A stretch of 64,000 nucleotides of DNA, taken from contig CAVXPZ010000004.1 in the NCBI GenBank assembly GCA_963763775.1, positions 32,001 through 96,000 on the forward strand. Direction: 5' to 3'. The first letter of the stretch is position 1. Each line of letters opens with the position of its first letter. Positions 18,714 to 28,118 of the stretch are shown piece after piece. Under the pieces are notes generated by a model that was not told the DNA's origin, did not search any database, and was given only the letters and a program-made list of their open reading frames with translations. This stretch comes from an uncultured Chloroflexia bacterium (lineage in GTDB: Bacteria; Chloroflexota; Limnocylindria; Limnocylindrales; CSP1-4). The position numbers and the translations under genes are program-made.

Positions 18714-19526
18714 ATGCTGCTCGCCCTCGACATCGGGAATACGAACGTCACGCTGGGCCTGTTCCGGGCCGGAACGCTGGTGGCGACGCGCCGCGCGGCC
18801 ACGGATCCGCGAGCCAGCGCCGACGAGTTCGAGGCGACGCTGGACGCCCTCCTGCGACTCGACGACCTGTCGCTGGCCGACGTCACGGCGATCGTCGCCG
18901 CATCCGTCGTCCCGGCCGTCACGACCGCCGCCGAGACCACCGCGGCGCGCCGCGAACGGCCGATCCTCCTCGCGACCGCGGGCACGGTCCCGATCCCGAT
19001 CCGCGTCGACCGACCGCAGGACGTCGGCGCGGACCGACTCGTGAACGCCCTCGCCGCGCAGCGGCTGTATGGCGCCCCGGCGGTCGTCGTGGACTTCGGC
19101 ACGGCCACGACCTTCGACTGCGTCGCGCCGGACGGCGCCTATGTCGGCGGGGCCATCGCGCCGGGCCTGGAGCTCGGCCTCGACGCGCTCGCCGCGCGGA
19201 CCGCGAAACTGCCGCGCGTCGAGCTGCGCGCGCCGGACCGAGCCATCGGCCGGGACACCGTGTCCGCGATCCAGTCGGGCGCGGTCTTCGGCTACCAGGC
19301 GCTGGCGTCGGGCCTGCTCGCGCGGATCCGTGGCGAGCTCGCCGAAACGAGTGGCGTCACCCCGGCCGACGTCCGCGCCATCCTGACCGGCGGGCTCTCG
19401 GCGGCGCCATGGGCCGCGGAGCTCCCCGGCATCGATGCCATCGACCCGGACCTGACGCTCAAGGGCCTCGCGATGCTCCACGCGGAGGTCGTCGGCGGCC
19501 AGCGCCTCGAGCTCGGGCTGTCGTGA
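18714..19526 (+). CDS. coaX: Type III pantothenate kinase
   Basis: MLLALDIGNT, VGADRL, VDFGTATTFD, GGAIAPG, LTGG. Confidence 0.97.
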   Translation: MLLALDIGNTNVTLGLFRAGTLVATRRAATDPRASADEFEATLDALLRLDDLSLADVTAIVAASVVPAVTTAAETTAARRERPILLATAGTVPIPIRVDRPQDVGADRLVNALAAQRLYGAPAVVVDFGTATTFDCVAPDGAYVGGAIAPGLELGLDALAARTAKLPRVELRAPDRAIGRDTVSAIQSGAVFGYQALASGLLARIRGELAETSGVTPADVRAILTGGLSAAPWAAELPGIDAIDPDLTLKGLAMLHAEVVGGQRLELGLS

Positions 19527-20857
19527 GCGGTCGCCTCGAGGGCCGGCTCATCGCGCTCGGCGTGACCGGCTCGATCGCGGCCTACAAGGCCCTCGAGCTC
19601 CTGCGCCTTCTGCGCGCCGAGGGCGCGGACGTGGCCGTGATGCTGACGCCGTCGGCGGCGCGGTTCGTCGGGCCGCTCTCGTTCCGGGCCCTGTCCCGCC
19701 ACCCCGTCGAGACGGACCTCCTCGACCTGCTGCCGGACGGCCGGATCGGGCACATCGTCCTCGGCGACACCGCGGATGCGATCGTGGTGGCCCCGGCCAC
19801 CGCGCACTTCCTCGGCGCGATGGCCAACGGCCTGGCGGGGGACGTCGTCACCGCCACGTGCCTCGCGAGCGCCGCGCCGGTCGTGGTCGCGCCGGCGATG
19901 GACGGCGACATGTGGACGCACCCCGCCACCCAGGCGAACGTGCTCCGGCTCCGCGACGGCTTCCGCTACTCGATCGTCGCCCCGGACAGCGGCCCGCTCG
20001 CGTCGGGGCAGTCCGGCGTGGGGCGGCTCGCCGAGCTCCCCGCCATCGTGGATGCCGTGGTCGCGGCCGTGACCGGTCGCTCGGTCCGGGCCCCCGACGC
20101 GGCGGCCCGGCCGCCGCTGGTCGAGGCGGTGCATGAAGAGGACCTGTCGGGCCGGCACATCGTCGTGACGGCCGGGGGCACGCGCGAGGCCATCGACCCG
20201 GTGCGGTTCATCGGCAACCGCTCCACCGGCAGGATGGGCGTGGCCGTCGTTCTCGCCGCGCTCGACCGGGGCGCCCGCGTGACGCTCGTCGCGGCGCATC
20301 TCGAGGTGCCGCTCCCCGAGGACGAGGCGTTGACCGTCGTGCCGGTCAGCTCGACCGCCGATCTGGAGGCGGCGCTGGCACAGGCGACCGGCGGCGCCTT
20401 CGACGCCCTGGTGATGGCGGCCGCGGTCGCGGACTTCCGGCCGGCCGCGGCGACGGACCACAAGCTCGAGCGCGGCGGATCGCTGACGCTCCAGCTCGAA
20501 CCCACGCCCGACCTGCTCGCCGGCATCGCCCGGGCAGTCGCGGACCGCGAGCCGCACCCGGTGCTCGTCGGATTCGCGGCCGAGGCCGGCTCGCTCGATC
20601 GCGCCCCGGACAAGCTGCGGCGCAAGGGCGTCGACCTGCTCGTGGCGAACGACGTGGCGGAGCCGGGCTCCGGGTTCGGGACGGACACGAACCGTGTCGT
20701 CATCCTCGATGCCGACGGGTCGCGCGACGAGCTCCCGATGCTCTCCAAACGCGACGTCGCCGACGCCATCCTGGACCGCGTCGCGCGACGGCTGGACGCC
20801 CGGGACGCGGCCGCGCAGACTTCGACCAGGACCGAACCAGCCCGGGAGCCAGCATGA
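19523..20857 (+). CDS. coaBC: Bifunctional phosphopantothenoylcysteine decarboxylase/synthetase
   Basis: GVTGSIAAYK, APAM, TAGGTREAIDPVRFIGNRSTGRMG, AAVADF, VGFAAE, VANDV. Confidence 0.97.
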   Translation: MSGRLEGRLIALGVTGSIAAYKALELLRLLRAEGADVAVMLTPSAARFVGPLSFRALSRHPVETDLLDLLPDGRIGHIVLGDTADAIVVAPATAHFLGAMANGLAGDVVTATCLASAAPVVVAPAMDGDMWTHPATQANVLRLRDGFRYSIVAPDSGPLASGQSGVGRLAELPAIVDAVVAAVTGRSVRAPDAAARPPLVEAVHEEDLSGRHIVVTAGGTREAIDPVRFIGNRSTGRMGVAVVLAALDRGARVTLVAAHLEVPLPEDEALTVVPVSSTADLEAALAQATGGAFDALVMAAAVADFRPAAATDHKLERGGSLTLQLEPTPDLLAGIARAVADREPHPVLVGFAAEAGSLDRAPDKLRRKGVDLLVANDVAEPGSGFGTDTNRVVILDADGSRDELPMLSKRDVADAILDRVARRLDARDAAAQTSTRTEPAREPA

Positions 20858-21768
20858 GCGCCACGACCGAGACCCCTCGCCGCCTGACCGTCGTCGACAT
20901 CGCGAAGCTGTACGCCGACGGCGTGCGCCTCCCGATGCTGACCGCGTACGACTTCCCCACCGCGCAGATCCTCGACGACGCCGGGATCCCGATGCTGCTC
21001 GTCGGCGACTCGCTGGGCCAGGTCCTGCTCGGCTACGAGACGACCGTCCGCGTGACGATGACCGAGATGATCCACCACACGAAGGCCGTGGTGCGCGGAT
21101 CGAAGCGGGCCATGGTCATCGGCGACATGCCGTTCCTCTCGTATTCGACGCCCGAGGACGCGCTGGAGAACGCGGGCATCTTCCTGCGTGACGCGGGCGC
21201 GCAGGCGGTCAAGGTGGAAGGCGGCGTCCGCAGCGCCCGCGTCATCGAAACGCTCGTTCGCGCCGGGATCCCGGTGATGGGCCATATCGGCCTGACACCG
21301 CAGACCATCAATGCGATCGGCCGCGTCCGGGTCCAGGGCAAGAGCCGTGACCAGGCGCGGGCGCTCATCGCGGACGCCCAGGCGGTCCAGGAGGCCGGCG
21401 CCTTCGGCATGGTCCTGGAGCTCGTCCCGGAGCAGCTCGCGGCGGCGATCACCGAGCGGCTCCGGATCCCGACGATCGGCATCGGCGCCGGGGCGGGGTG
21501 CAGCGGACAGGTCCAGGTCATCACCGACCTCATCGGCCTCGGCGACTTCGTCCCCAAGCACGCCCGGCCGTACGCGAACGTCCGCAAGACCATCCTCGAA
21601 TCGGCTCGCGCGTACGCAGCCGAGGTCGCCGCCGGCACGTTCCCGGGCGAGGCCGAGACGGTCCGGATGGACGAGGGCGTCCTCGACGAGGTCCTCGGCC
21701 GCGGCGCCCCCGACCGGGACGCGAGTTTCATCCCCGTCGGCGGGATCCCGCTCGACCGCGATCTGTGA
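20854..21768 (+). CDS. panB: 3-methyl-2-oxobutanoate hydroxymethyltransferase
   Basis: MLTAYD, LLVGDSLG, GDMPFLSY, VKVEGG, GHIGLTPQ, IGIGAG. Confidence 0.98.
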   Translation: MSATTETPRRLTVVDIAKLYADGVRLPMLTAYDFPTAQILDDAGIPMLLVGDSLGQVLLGYETTVRVTMTEMIHHTKAVVRGSKRAMVIGDMPFLSYSTPEDALENAGIFLRDAGAQAVKVEGGVRSARVIETLVRAGIPVMGHIGLTPQTINAIGRVRVQGKSRDQARALIADAQAVQEAGAFGMVLELVPEQLAAAITERLRIPTIGIGAGAGCSGQVQVITDLIGLGDFVPKHARPYANVRKTILESARAYAAEVAAGTFPGEAETVRMDEGVLDEVLGRGAPDRDASFIPVGGIPLDRDL

Positions 21769-21810
21769 TCCCGCCGCCCGGCCCTCGTCGCACTCCCTGA
21801 CCGCACGTCA

Positions 21811-22647
21811 TTGACCCGAGTCCTGCGCACCCGCGCCGAGCTGCGCGAGGCGCTCGCCGACGTTCCGCGGCCGGTCGGCCTCGTGCCGACCATGGGCTGG
21901 CTCCACGACGGCCATCGCGCCCTGATGCGGCGGGCACGAGCCGCGGACGCGACGACCGTCGCGACCATCTTCGTCAACCCGCGTCAATTCAACGTCGCGG
22001 CCGACTTCTCGAGGTACCCCCGGAACGAGGCGCGCGACCTGGAGATCTGTGAGACCGAGGGCGTCGACCTCGTCTGGGCGCCGCCGGTCGACGAGGTCTA
22101 CGTTCCGGGATTCGACACCGCGGTCCACGTCGGCGCGATCGCCGAGCCGCTCGAAGGCGCGGCGCGCCCCGGCCACTTCGACGGCGTGGCGACGGTCGTG
22201 GCGATCCTGTTCGGGCTCGTCGGGGCGGAGCACGCGTACTTCGGCCAGAAGGACGCCCAGCAGGTGATGGTGATCCGCCGCATGGCGCTCGACCTCGCCC
22301 TCCCCACCGAGGTCATCACCTGCCCGACCGAGCGTGAACCCGACGGTCTGGCGCTATCGTCGCGGAACGTGCACCTGACACCGGCCGAGCGGGCCGCCGC
22401 CCCGGTCCTACACCGGGCCCTGCTGGCGGCGAAGGCGATGCGCGACGCCGGCGAGCGCTCCGCCGAGGCCATGCGGATGCGGATGCTCGAGACCATCGCC
22501 ACGGAACCCTTGGCCGAGGTGGACTACGTCTCGGTCGCCGACGGGGTGACGCTGGCCGAGCTGGAGACGGTGGCCGGCGCGGCGCTGTTGTCCCTCGCGG
22601 TCCGCTTCGGCGCGACCCGCCTCATCGACAACGAGCCGCTGCCCTAG
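21811..22647 (+). CDS. panC: Pantoate--beta-alanine ligase
   Basis: VPTMGWLHDGH, FVNP, RPGHFDGV, FGQKDAQQ, GLALSSRN, RLIDN. Confidence 0.98.
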   Translation: MTRVLRTRAELREALADVPRPVGLVPTMGWLHDGHRALMRRARAADATTVATIFVNPRQFNVAADFSRYPRNEARDLEICETEGVDLVWAPPVDEVYVPGFDTAVHVGAIAEPLEGAARPGHFDGVATVVAILFGLVGAEHAYFGQKDAQQVMVIRRMALDLALPTEVITCPTEREPDGLALSSRNVHLTPAERAAAPVLHRALLAAKAMRDAGERSAEAMRMRMLETIATEPLAEVDYVSVADGVTLAELETVAGAALLSLAVRFGATRLIDNEPLP

Positions 22648-23744
22648 ACGGCCGCCTCCGTGGCGACGCCGAGGATGCGGTCGATGAAGAGGTACTCCCA
22701 GACGAGCGCCTTGATCTCCTCGATCTTGCCGCGGTCGGCGGGGTGCGTCTTGACCAGCAGGTCGTGGACTTCGGACGCGACCGCGTACGTGTCCTCGGGC
22801 ACCAGCGTGGCGAACACGTCGGCTCGCCGGATCGATTCGATGACCGCGTCGCTCGGCCGGTAGCCGCCCGAGAGGACCAGGCCGAGCGCGTCGGACGTGC
22901 CCTGGCCGTCCCGGCGCGCGCCGACGATCGCCTCGATGACGTCCTCACGGTCGCCCGGCACGATCACGAGGCTGCGCGGCCCGATCCGCTCCAGCATGTG
23001 GTTCGGCTCCATGGCCCCGATCGCGACGCCCCCGATGACCTGGTCCAGGTCCGGGCCGGCGTGCAGGGTCTCGCCGTGCACGCCCTCCAGCACCATCGCG
23101 AGGGTCGGGTTCGAGAGGATCGGCCGGTACGGCAGCACGCCGAGCAACGGGATCCCGTGCCGGGCCAGGCCCAGCTCGAGGGTCCGCGCCAGCCCCGGCT
23201 TCGCGTCCAGGTCGACCTTGTTCACGATGGCGCCGGCGACGTGGACGCCGTGACGCTCGAACAGGGCGGCGTTGAGCACGATCTCGTCGATGGGGCGGCC
23301 GACCCCACCCTCCGAGACGATCACCGCCGGGGCGTCGATCATCGCGGCGACCGCGGCGTTCGAGAGCCCGATCACGGCGCCCACGCCGGCGTGCCCGGTC
23401 CCCTCGATCAGCAGGATGTCGCGGTCGGCCGCGAAGGCGGCGTGGGCGGCCCGGATCCTCGCCCCGAGGTCCTCGACGACCCGGCCCTCGATGTACGCCT
23501 GCGTGAACCCGCGCGGGATGTGCACGGGGCTCATCCGGTCGAGCGGGTCCGCGAGGTCGAACACGCTCTTCATGAGGACCGCGTCCTCGTCGGCCGGGAC
23601 GCCGTCCTCGATGACCGTCCGCTGCCCGACCGGCTTGATGAACCCGGTCGAGAGGCTCCGCCGCTGGAAGCCGTCGAGCATGCCGAGGCTGACCGTGGTC
23701 TTGCCGCGGTTCTGCCCGGTGGCGGCGAGGTAGACGTGGCGCAT
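22644..23744 (-). CDS. Stand-alone BioD-like P-loop plus DRTGG domain protein (phosphotransacetylase N-terminal-like)
   Basis: GQNRGKTT P-loop, FIKPVG, LIEGTG, IVNKV, VPGDREDV and LVLSGG (DRTGG); no Pta catalytic domain. Confidence 0.85.
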   Translation of the reverse strand: MRHVYLAATGQNRGKTTVSLGMLDGFQRRSLSTGFIKPVGQRTVIEDGVPADEDAVLMKSVFDLADPLDRMSPVHIPRGFTQAYIEGRVVEDLGARIRAAHAAFAADRDILLIEGTGHAGVGAVIGLSNAAVAAMIDAPAVIVSEGGVGRPIDEIVLNAALFERHGVHVAGAIVNKVDLDAKPGLARTLELGLARHGIPLLGVLPYRPILSNPTLAMVLEGVHGETLHAGPDLDQVIGGVAIGAMEPNHMLERIGPRSLVIVPGDREDVIEAIVGARRDGQGTSDALGLVLSGGYRPSDAVIESIRRADVFATLVPEDTYAVASEVHDLLVKTHPADRGKIEEIKALVWEYLFIDRILGVATEAAV

Positions 23745-23810
23745 CAGCCGGTCCGATGCACGGAGCGAACGTGTCCGGTCATCGGTCCGCGGCGCCCCGC
23801 GTGCGCGACC

Positions 23811-24416
23811 TCAGCCGTGCGAGGCGGTCTTGCGCTCGATGAGCGCGATGGCGTCGCGGAGGCGCGAGAGGGTCTCGGCGTCGACGGCGTCGGGCTCGAG
23901 ATACGGTCCGAGGCGCTCCATGATGTCCGCGACCAGCCCGAGGAAGACGCTCGCGTCGGCCACGAAGAACTGCGGCTCGTTGTTGTAGCGCACGAGCGTC
24001 AGCCGGCCCTGGAGGACGCGCCGCTCCTCGACATGGGCGATCTGCGTCGCGAAGTTGTGGCCCTGGATGCCGTCCGGGTTGTTCAGGAAGTTCAGGGCGT
24101 TGTCGATCGCGAGCCCGAACCGCGCGCGCCAGGCGACGAGTCGCTCGTGGACCTCGGAGGGGATCCGGACTTCGGCGACCTCGTCGAACACCTCGGGCGC
24201 CACCGTCAGCAGGCCGACGAGCGTGGTGCCGGCGCGCGGCCCGAGCATCACCTGGAGGCTGCGCTCGAGGGTGAACACCTCGGAGTCGAAGCGCGGGCTC
24301 GTGATGACGTCGGTCAGCAGGTCCTCGACGTTGTCGAGGATGCCGGGCTCCGCGACGGCATTCGAGAGGTGGAGGATCTCCTCCTTGAACAGGAACTTCT
24401 CTTCATGATCGAGCAT
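23811..24416 (-). CDS. Hypothetical protein (201 aa)
   Basis: ATG 7 nt after a TACCAT -10 box (MLDHEEKFLF...); coding-like composition; no family recognised. Confidence 0.75.
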   Translation of the reverse strand: MLDHEEKFLFKEEILHLSNAVAEPGILDNVEDLLTDVITSPRFDSEVFTLERSLQVMLGPRAGTTLVGLLTVAPEVFDEVAEVRIPSEVHERLVAWRARFGLAIDNALNFLNNPDGIQGHNFATQIAHVEERRVLQGRLTLVRYNNEPQFFVADASVFLGLVADIMERLGPYLEPDAVDAETLSRLRDAIALIERKTASHG

Positions 24417-24517
24417 GGCGGCGATGGTAGCACCGTGCCGCTGCGGCTCCGCGGGTGCGACCTCGGGCGTTGCGTCGGCCGCGATCCGTCCGGGGGAGGA
24501 GGCCGTATCATCGCGGC

Positions 24518-25558
24518 ATGCATAGCCCACGCGCTGCGACCATCCGGCGACGATCGCGCAAGGTGCTCAAGGGCGGCATCGACGCGGGCCGCCGGCTGAC
24601 CCGGCGGCTGCCGATCGGCGGACGGTCCGAGCCGGCGCCCGAGCAGAAGAAGTGGCTCGGCTCAGCCGACGTCCTCGATCGATACCTCGTGGCGGGCTAC
24701 CAGAACCCGCGGCTCAACGTCCAGAGCATCCTCGTCCGCCACGTCCTCCTCGCCGACATCCTCGGCGATCGAGATCGGACGCTCATGGAGGACGAGATCC
24801 GGTTCGCGATCGACCTCAACGAGACGCTCCGACTTCGGGCGGCGGAGCTCGGCGTCACGATGGGCGTGTTCCGGGATCCGGAGAAGCTCGCGGCCGTGGA
24901 GCGGGTGAGCGCCGCGGTCGCCGACCAGGACCGCGTCTTCGTCGACCGCTGGCGCGACGAGGTCCGTGACGTGCAGGCCGGTCGGATCCCGGTGCTCGAA
25001 TTCGCCTGCGGCTCCGCCGACGACTACCGGACGTTCGCGGAGTGCGGTCTCGGGCGGTGCCTGTGCTACGTCGGCATCGACCTCAGCCCGCTGAACATCG
25101 ACAACGCCCGGCGCCGCCACCCGGAGGCTCGCTTCGAGGTCGACGACATCCTCGCGCTGCCGTTCGAGGACCGGAGCTACGACCACGTCATCGCCGCGGA
25201 CATCTTCGAGCACCTCCCGCCCGACGCGTTCCGGCGAGCCATCGACGAGGCCGGCCGGATGGCCCGCCGTGCCCTGGTGTTCACCTTCTTCAACATGGCC
25301 GACATCCCCGAGCACGAGATCCGCCCGATGCGGTCGTATCACCGGAACCTGCTCAGCCGCGCTCGGATCGAGGAGCAGGTCCGCGCGCTCGGGTTCGAGA
25401 ACGTCCTGTCCATCCCGATCGCCCCATGGCTGGAGACGAGCTACGGGTATCCCCACTCGTACAACCCGAACGCGTGGACGATCATCGCCGAGCGCCAGGC
25501 CGAGCTGATCCCACGCCTCCCGCACCGGTGGGACGAGGGGGCGGGCACCCCGACATGA
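24518..25558 (+). CDS. Class I SAM-dependent methyltransferase
   Basis: VLEFACGS (motif I), YVGIDLS, LPFEDRSYDHVIAADIFEHL. Confidence 0.85.
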   Translation: MHSPRAATIRRRSRKVLKGGIDAGRRLTRRLPIGGRSEPAPEQKKWLGSADVLDRYLVAGYQNPRLNVQSILVRHVLLADILGDRDRTLMEDEIRFAIDLNETLRLRAAELGVTMGVFRDPEKLAAVERVSAAVADQDRVFVDRWRDEVRDVQAGRIPVLEFACGSADDYRTFAECGLGRCLCYVGIDLSPLNIDNARRRHPEARFEVDDILALPFEDRSYDHVIAADIFEHLPPDAFRRAIDEAGRMARRALVFTFFNMADIPEHEIRPMRSYHRNLLSRARIEEQVRALGFENVLSIPIAPWLETSYGYPHSYNPNAWTIIAERQAELIPRLPHRWDEGAGTPT

Positions 25559-25563
25559 CATGA

Positions 25564-25593
25564 CGAGACCCCGGCCGGTCGGCCGGGGTCTCG
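25564..25593. terminator. 13-bp perfect hairpin between convergent genes (probable bidirectional terminator)
   Basis: CGAGACCCCGGCC-GGTC-GGCCGGGGTCTCG between the methyltransferase and gdhA stops. Confidence 0.7.
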
Positions 25594-25615
25594 GTCGGTG
25601 CAGCGGAAGCTTCGA

Positions 25616-26881
25616 TTACGGGTACAGGCCGCGCATGTCCATCGCGTCGGCCACGCGCTTGACCGCCAGCAGGTATGCGGCGGTCCGCATGTTCACCTGC
25701 TCGCGCTTGGCCATGGTGAGGGTCTCCCCGAACGCCTTGACCATGATCTCGCGCAACTTCTCGTTGACGACGGTCTCGCTCCAGTGGTCCCGGTTGAGGT
25801 CCTGGACCCACTCGAAGTAGCTGACCGTGACGCCGCCGGCGTTGCACAGGATGTCCGGGATCATGAAGACCCCGTTCTGGTAGAGGATCTCGTCGGCCTC
25901 GGGGGTCGTCGGGCCGTTCGCCGCTTCGGCGACGAGCCTGGCCTTGACGTTGCCCGCGTTGCGCGACGTGATCTGGTTCTCGAGGGCCGCCGGGATGAGG
26001 ATGTCGCAGTCGACCTCCAGCACCGCGGCGTTCGAGATGTCGGTCGCGCCCGGGAAGCCCTGGACGGTGCCGTGCTCGCCCTTCCACGCGATGACCTTGC
26101 CGATGTCGAGACCGCCCGGGGCGTGGATGCCGCCGGTCGAGTCGGACACGGCCACGACGGTCGCCCCCTCATCCGAGATGAGGCGTGCGGCGATCGAGCC
26201 GGCGTTGCCGAAGCCCTGGATCGCGACACGGGACTTCCCGAGGTCGATCCCGAGATGGCGCGCCGCCTCGATGACGCAGAAGACCGTCCCACGGGCCGTG
26301 GCCTCATTGCGGCCTTCCGACCCGCCGAGGCTGATCGGCTTGCCGGTGACCACGCCCGGGACGGTGTAGCCGGCATGCATGGAGTACGTGTCCATCATCC
26401 AGGCCATGATCTGGGCATTGGTGTTGACGTCCGGTGCCGGGATGTCCTTCTCGGGGCCGACGAGGACCTCGATCTCGGTGAAGAACCGGCGCGTCAGGCC
26501 CTCGAGCTCCTTCTGGCTGAGCTTCTTGGGGTCGACGATGACGCCGCCCTTGCCGCCGCCGTACGGGATGCCGACGACCGCGCACTTCCACGTCATCCAC
26601 ATCGCGAGGGCCTTGACCTCGTCGAGGGAGACGTTCTGGTGGTAGCGGATGCCGCCCTTGGCCGGACCCCGGCCGAGGTTGTGCTGGACGCGGTAGCCGG
26701 TGAAGACCTGGACCGACCCGTCGTCCATGTGGACGGGGAAATGGACGGTGAACTCGCGGCGCGGCTCGCGCAGGACCAGGCGCATGCCCGGGTCCAGGCC
26801 AAGTCGTTCGGCGGCGAGGTCGAACTGTCGCTGGGCGACTTCCCACGCGTTGATCGCGGCAGCGACGTGCTCGGTGGTCAT
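25616..26881 (-). CDS. gdhA: Glu/Leu/Phe/Val dehydrogenase, most likely glutamate dehydrogenase
   Basis: GPAKGGIRY, MTWKC, GGGKGG, DIPAPDVNT, QGFGNAG, EAANGPTT, NAGGVTVSYFEW. Confidence 0.95.
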   Translation of the reverse strand: MTTEHVAAAINAWEVAQRQFDLAAERLGLDPGMRLVLREPRREFTVHFPVHMDDGSVQVFTGYRVQHNLGRGPAKGGIRYHQNVSLDEVKALAMWMTWKCAVVGIPYGGGKGGVIVDPKKLSQKELEGLTRRFFTEIEVLVGPEKDIPAPDVNTNAQIMAWMMDTYSMHAGYTVPGVVTGKPISLGGSEGRNEATARGTVFCVIEAARHLGIDLGKSRVAIQGFGNAGSIAARLISDEGATVVAVSDSTGGIHAPGGLDIGKVIAWKGEHGTVQGFPGATDISNAAVLEVDCDILIPAALENQITSRNAGNVKARLVAEAANGPTTPEADEILYQNGVFMIPDILCNAGGVTVSYFEWVQDLNRDHWSETVVNEKLREIMVKAFGETLTMAKREQVNMRTAAYLLAVKRVADAMDMRGLYP

Positions 26882-27138
26882 GGAGCGGAGAACCTCCGTC
26901 TCGGGCGGCACTCCAAGGCCGCCTCGTCGGTGTGGGTCGTCTCCCGGACGACCCCACGGGGCGCATCGGTCGGGTCATGACGGAGTGGCCGATCCGACGG
27001 TGCGCGACTCATTTCCACGGCCGAGTATAGCCCGGCTCGGTCATCTGTCGCCCGCTCGATGGTACCGGTCGGCAAACTTGCCGCAACCATCTCGCAATGT
27101 TCGGGTCGAGGACGGTCCGCTCGCCGGGCCAGGGCCGG

Positions 27139-27990
27139 CTACGACCGATAGAGGATCGCCGCCCCGAGGCAGCCGGGCCCGATATGCGGGCCGACCGAGG
27201 CGCCCACCAGGTGGATCGAGACGTCCGCCGGATCGAGGCCGCCCGGCGCCCGGGCAAGGACCTCGTCGCGGAACCCCTCGACGTCCGGGGTCACCGTGTG
27301 GAGGATGGCGAGGCGCTCGATCGGCGCCTGGCAGATGAGGTCGATGACCCGCTCGCGCGCCTTCGCGCGAGTGCGGACGCGGTCGGCGGTCTCCACGACC
27401 CCATGCTTCACGGCGATGATCGGTTTGACCGACAGGAGGGTCCCGATCGCGGCCTGGGCGCCGGAGATCCGTCCGCCCTTCTTGAGGTACTCGAGCGTCT
27501 CGAGTGCCACGTACATCCGCTCGTCGAGCGCCCGCCGCTCGAGGATCTCGGCGATCTCGGCCGCCGCCCGGCCCTCGGCGGCGTACTCGATCCCCATCCG
27601 GGCCAGGATCCCCTGCGCCATGGAGGCACCGAGCGAGTCGACGACGTGGATCTCGCGGTCCGGGAGCATGTCGCGAGCGATCTGGGCGCTCTTGATCGTC
27701 CCCGAGAGGGTGCCGGCGACATGGACCGAGACGATGGCCTCGGCGCCATCGGAGAAGGCCGCTTCGTAGGCCTCCTTGAACTCGCCCGGCGAGGATGCCG
27801 CGGTCGTCGGGAATGGCGCGTCGGGCGCGACCATCCGCTCCCAGAACGCCTCGGCTGAGAGGTCGACACCGGCCTTGAAGGTCTCGGCGCCGAAGTTGAC
27901 GAGCAGCGGGACGATGTGGATCCCCTGGGCCGCCGCCTCCGCCGGGTCGAGGTCGGATGCGGAATCGGTGAAGATCGCGACGCGGCTCAA
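27139..27990 (-). CDS. DegV family fatty-acid-binding protein
   Basis: IFTDSASDL, LSGT, VVDS, LKKGGRIS, VKPI, VGPHIGPG; TTG start after GGAGG. Confidence 0.93.
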   Translation of the reverse strand: MSRVAIFTDSASDLDPAEAAAQGIHIVPLLVNFGAETFKAGVDLSAEAFWERMVAPDAPFPTTAASSPGEFKEAYEAAFSDGAEAIVSVHVAGTLSGTIKSAQIARDMLPDREIHVVDSLGASMAQGILARMGIEYAAEGRAAAEIAEILERRALDERMYVALETLEYLKKGGRISGAQAAIGTLLSVKPIIAVKHGVVETADRVRTRAKARERVIDLICQAPIERLAILHTVTPDVEGFRDEVLARAPGGLDPADVSIHLVGASVGPHIGPGCLGAAILYRS

Positions 27991-28118
27991 GGCTTCCTCC
28001 CAGACGGTCGACCCGGACGTTGCGGGCATGATACGGGCCGGGTCCAGCCCGCTCGAGCCTGCGGCGACGGTCGAGGCCGCAGTGCCCGCCGCCCGGACAA
28101 GCCGTTACCCTGTCCGCC

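Noticed and set aside
18714-22647. coaX-coaBC-panB-panC cluster as a novel system
   Set aside because: These are ordinary, well-characterised CoA biosynthesis genes.
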